From: Neophaeotheca triangularis
Lineage: Eukaryota
Assembly: GCA_054600435.1 (NCBI GenBank)
Contig: BAAIJX010000020.1
Coordinates: 62,001 to 126,000 of the forward strand
DNA: 64,000 nt
Direction of reading: 5' to 3'
A program made the translations under genes and the position numbers. Positions within the stretch are counted from its first letter, which is position 1, and each line of letters starts with the position of its first letter. Shown piece by piece: positions 62,209-64,000 of the stretch. The notes below the pieces were generated by a model. The model saw only the letters and a list, made by a program, of their open reading frames with translations. It did no database searches and was not told the origin of the DNA.

Positions 62209-63758
62209 AGGCGTAGACGGAGGAGTTCAATGTATTAACGCGATCCTGATCCAGCGCTCTCCTACATGCGGAGACCGGCCGCAGCGCGCCGCGCGGCAGC
62301 TCTTCGTGGCACTATGCGTCGTACCCTTCTTCGCACCCACACACGCTTGAACGAAACATTTAGCATTTACGACAACGACAACAATGACCCGTCTGTTAGC
62401 ACCACCACGACAACGGCCTTGGAGAGAACTAGGAAAGATACTTGACGGTGGGAAAGAGTAGGAACTTATTAATGACTAGCATCAACACACTACCCCGGCC
62501 AACTTTACCTACCCGCCCAGCTCTTGTGGACGGAGCCCACGGCTACGTGTGAGGGCTCGACGAAGTCAACGAACACGATTATCACGAGAATGACAAACGC
62601 TAGAGGCAAGAGAGAGAAGAGAAAGCATTCACACATCAATCAACCGCAATATCATATCCACTCGCACACGTCAAGTCACGTCACCGCCCCACGACTCGAC
62701 ACCAGAGAGGGATCGCCCACGCCTTCCCTCCCACTCCTGCATGCAAAGCACCGCAAGAGACACTGCTGTCTCGCGAACTCCCCCGTATCATATCACATCA
62801 CCACCTTGCTTGCCGCGATGTTTACAAATTTGTCTGCTTCGATCTGCATTCGGGATGGCGCTCAGACGGTGCACGACACGAAACGAAGAGCCTCGTTGTC
62901 CGGAGGAGAGGGGAAGGGAAGTCAGCAAAACTGTTCGCGGCTCTCAATCACCCGCCTTGATCGGGGCACTTCGGGGAGAAATGGGTACATAATAATCGGG
63001 GTCACCGATGGGGCGTTTTGTTACCTGCCTGCCTCGGCAAAGGCCGTGGAGGATGGGCGGTTGCGGGTTGCTTGCTTTGTCTGTTTCTGCTTACTCCCTG
63101 TTTGCTTGTTTGCTTTCTTGCGTGCTGCCGTGGGGGTTGTTGCTCTGCTAGCTGCCATTTTTACTTTATTTTGGGTTACCGAGGAGAAGGTCTGAGGCTT
63201 GCTTTTGACCTCGACTCGGTACCGTGTATTATTTACCCATCTACCCATCCACCTCTCACCATCCTAGTCTCGGTCTTGAGAATGATGTCTAGTGAACTGT
63301 TGTGAATTCTTTGCGCTTTGCCTGCCTTTTCTGGCTGTTTGAAAAGAGCGTCGCTTGGCCTCGAAATCTTACTGTTGACATGTCTGTCTCTTGCTTGGAG
63401 ATGGGTGGTCTTGTTTCTCTTGGTCTTGGAGAGCTCTCGGCTTGGATATCGCGGACCATATACTTGCAGGTTTTTTACTGTGGTTTGCAAATGCAGAGGA
63501 CTCGCTCGGCCTGCCCGTTTCTTCTCTCGTTCTTTACCTCAACCACGTCTTGTTGCTGGATCTTTGCCGAATTTCTAGGTCTCGGAGTCTGTACTTTGCG
63601 CTGCGCAGAAGCTGCAATTTGAGGCTTGCTTTTTCGCGAGCACACATCACTGGCCTATGCCTCTCGTCCATATAGCGCCTCATGTCCACTTCCGTGTCGT
63701 AGCCACACAGATCTCATGCCCTATCGAGACAATGGCAATTCTCTCGGATACCCTAATC

Positions 63759-64000
63759 TCAAGCACCCTTCAACACAATACAAAAGTTATTCCTCTCCCT
63801 GCCCGACCTGATCTCTTTCTTCCCAAACTCCACGTCCTCCCCCTCCGCAGCAGGAACCCCCTTAAACCGCCACAAATAATAAACCAACTTCGCACTTACT
63901 TTCCTCCTAACCCTCTCATACCCTAAAACCGCCATAATCTCCTCCAACCTCTCCTCGTCCAAATACCTCGAATTGTCCACACAAGGCCTCGGCAAGACCA
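63759..64000 (-). CDS. BMT2: 3' end of 25S rRNA adenine-N1 methyltransferase (partial; continues beyond the window)
   Basis: VLP.PCV.NSRY, LGY, KLVYYLW, KKEIR.G..RNNFCIVL C-terminal pattern. Confidence 0.75.
   Translation of the reverse strand, partial: VLPRPCVDNSRYLDEERLEEIMAVLGYERVRRKVSAKLVYYLWRFKGVPAAEGEDVEFGKKEIRSGRERNNFCIVLKGA

Overview
Gene-dense chromosomal DNA from a filamentous ascomycete (short GT-AG introns with CTRAC-type branch points; Dothideomycete-like by inference). About 30 protein-coding genes are supportable, mostly housekeeping: PBN1, SARAF-like, S10 carboxypeptidase, S41-like secreted peptidase, NAPE-PLD/FMP30, SAT4/HAL4 kinase, RIM1, derlin, LYS9, ARB1, SMI1/KNR4, CST26-like acyltransferase, POS5, a CYP7-like P450, RIT1, ELP3, LSC1, LIN1, SMP3, SKP1, PIN4-like and a partial BMT2. 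There is also an intron-containing tRNA-His(GUG). The most striking unexplained signal is a set of four 65-98 aa ORFs that all begin with an MGxCxS dual-acylation motif (three MGLCAS, with the first 17 nt identical; one spliced MGTCNS absent from the ORF track) and end in Gly-rich tails. Three flank the NAPE-PLD gene and the fourth lies next to the acyltransferase. Other candidates: a box C/D snoRNA in the LSC1 intron, an H/ACA-like RNA in the long derlin intron, a structured tRNA 3' trailer, a recurrent promoter palindrome TACCTAGGTA, and a Gly/Met/Gln repeat protein. All family calls come from motif recognition by eye; no database search was run.
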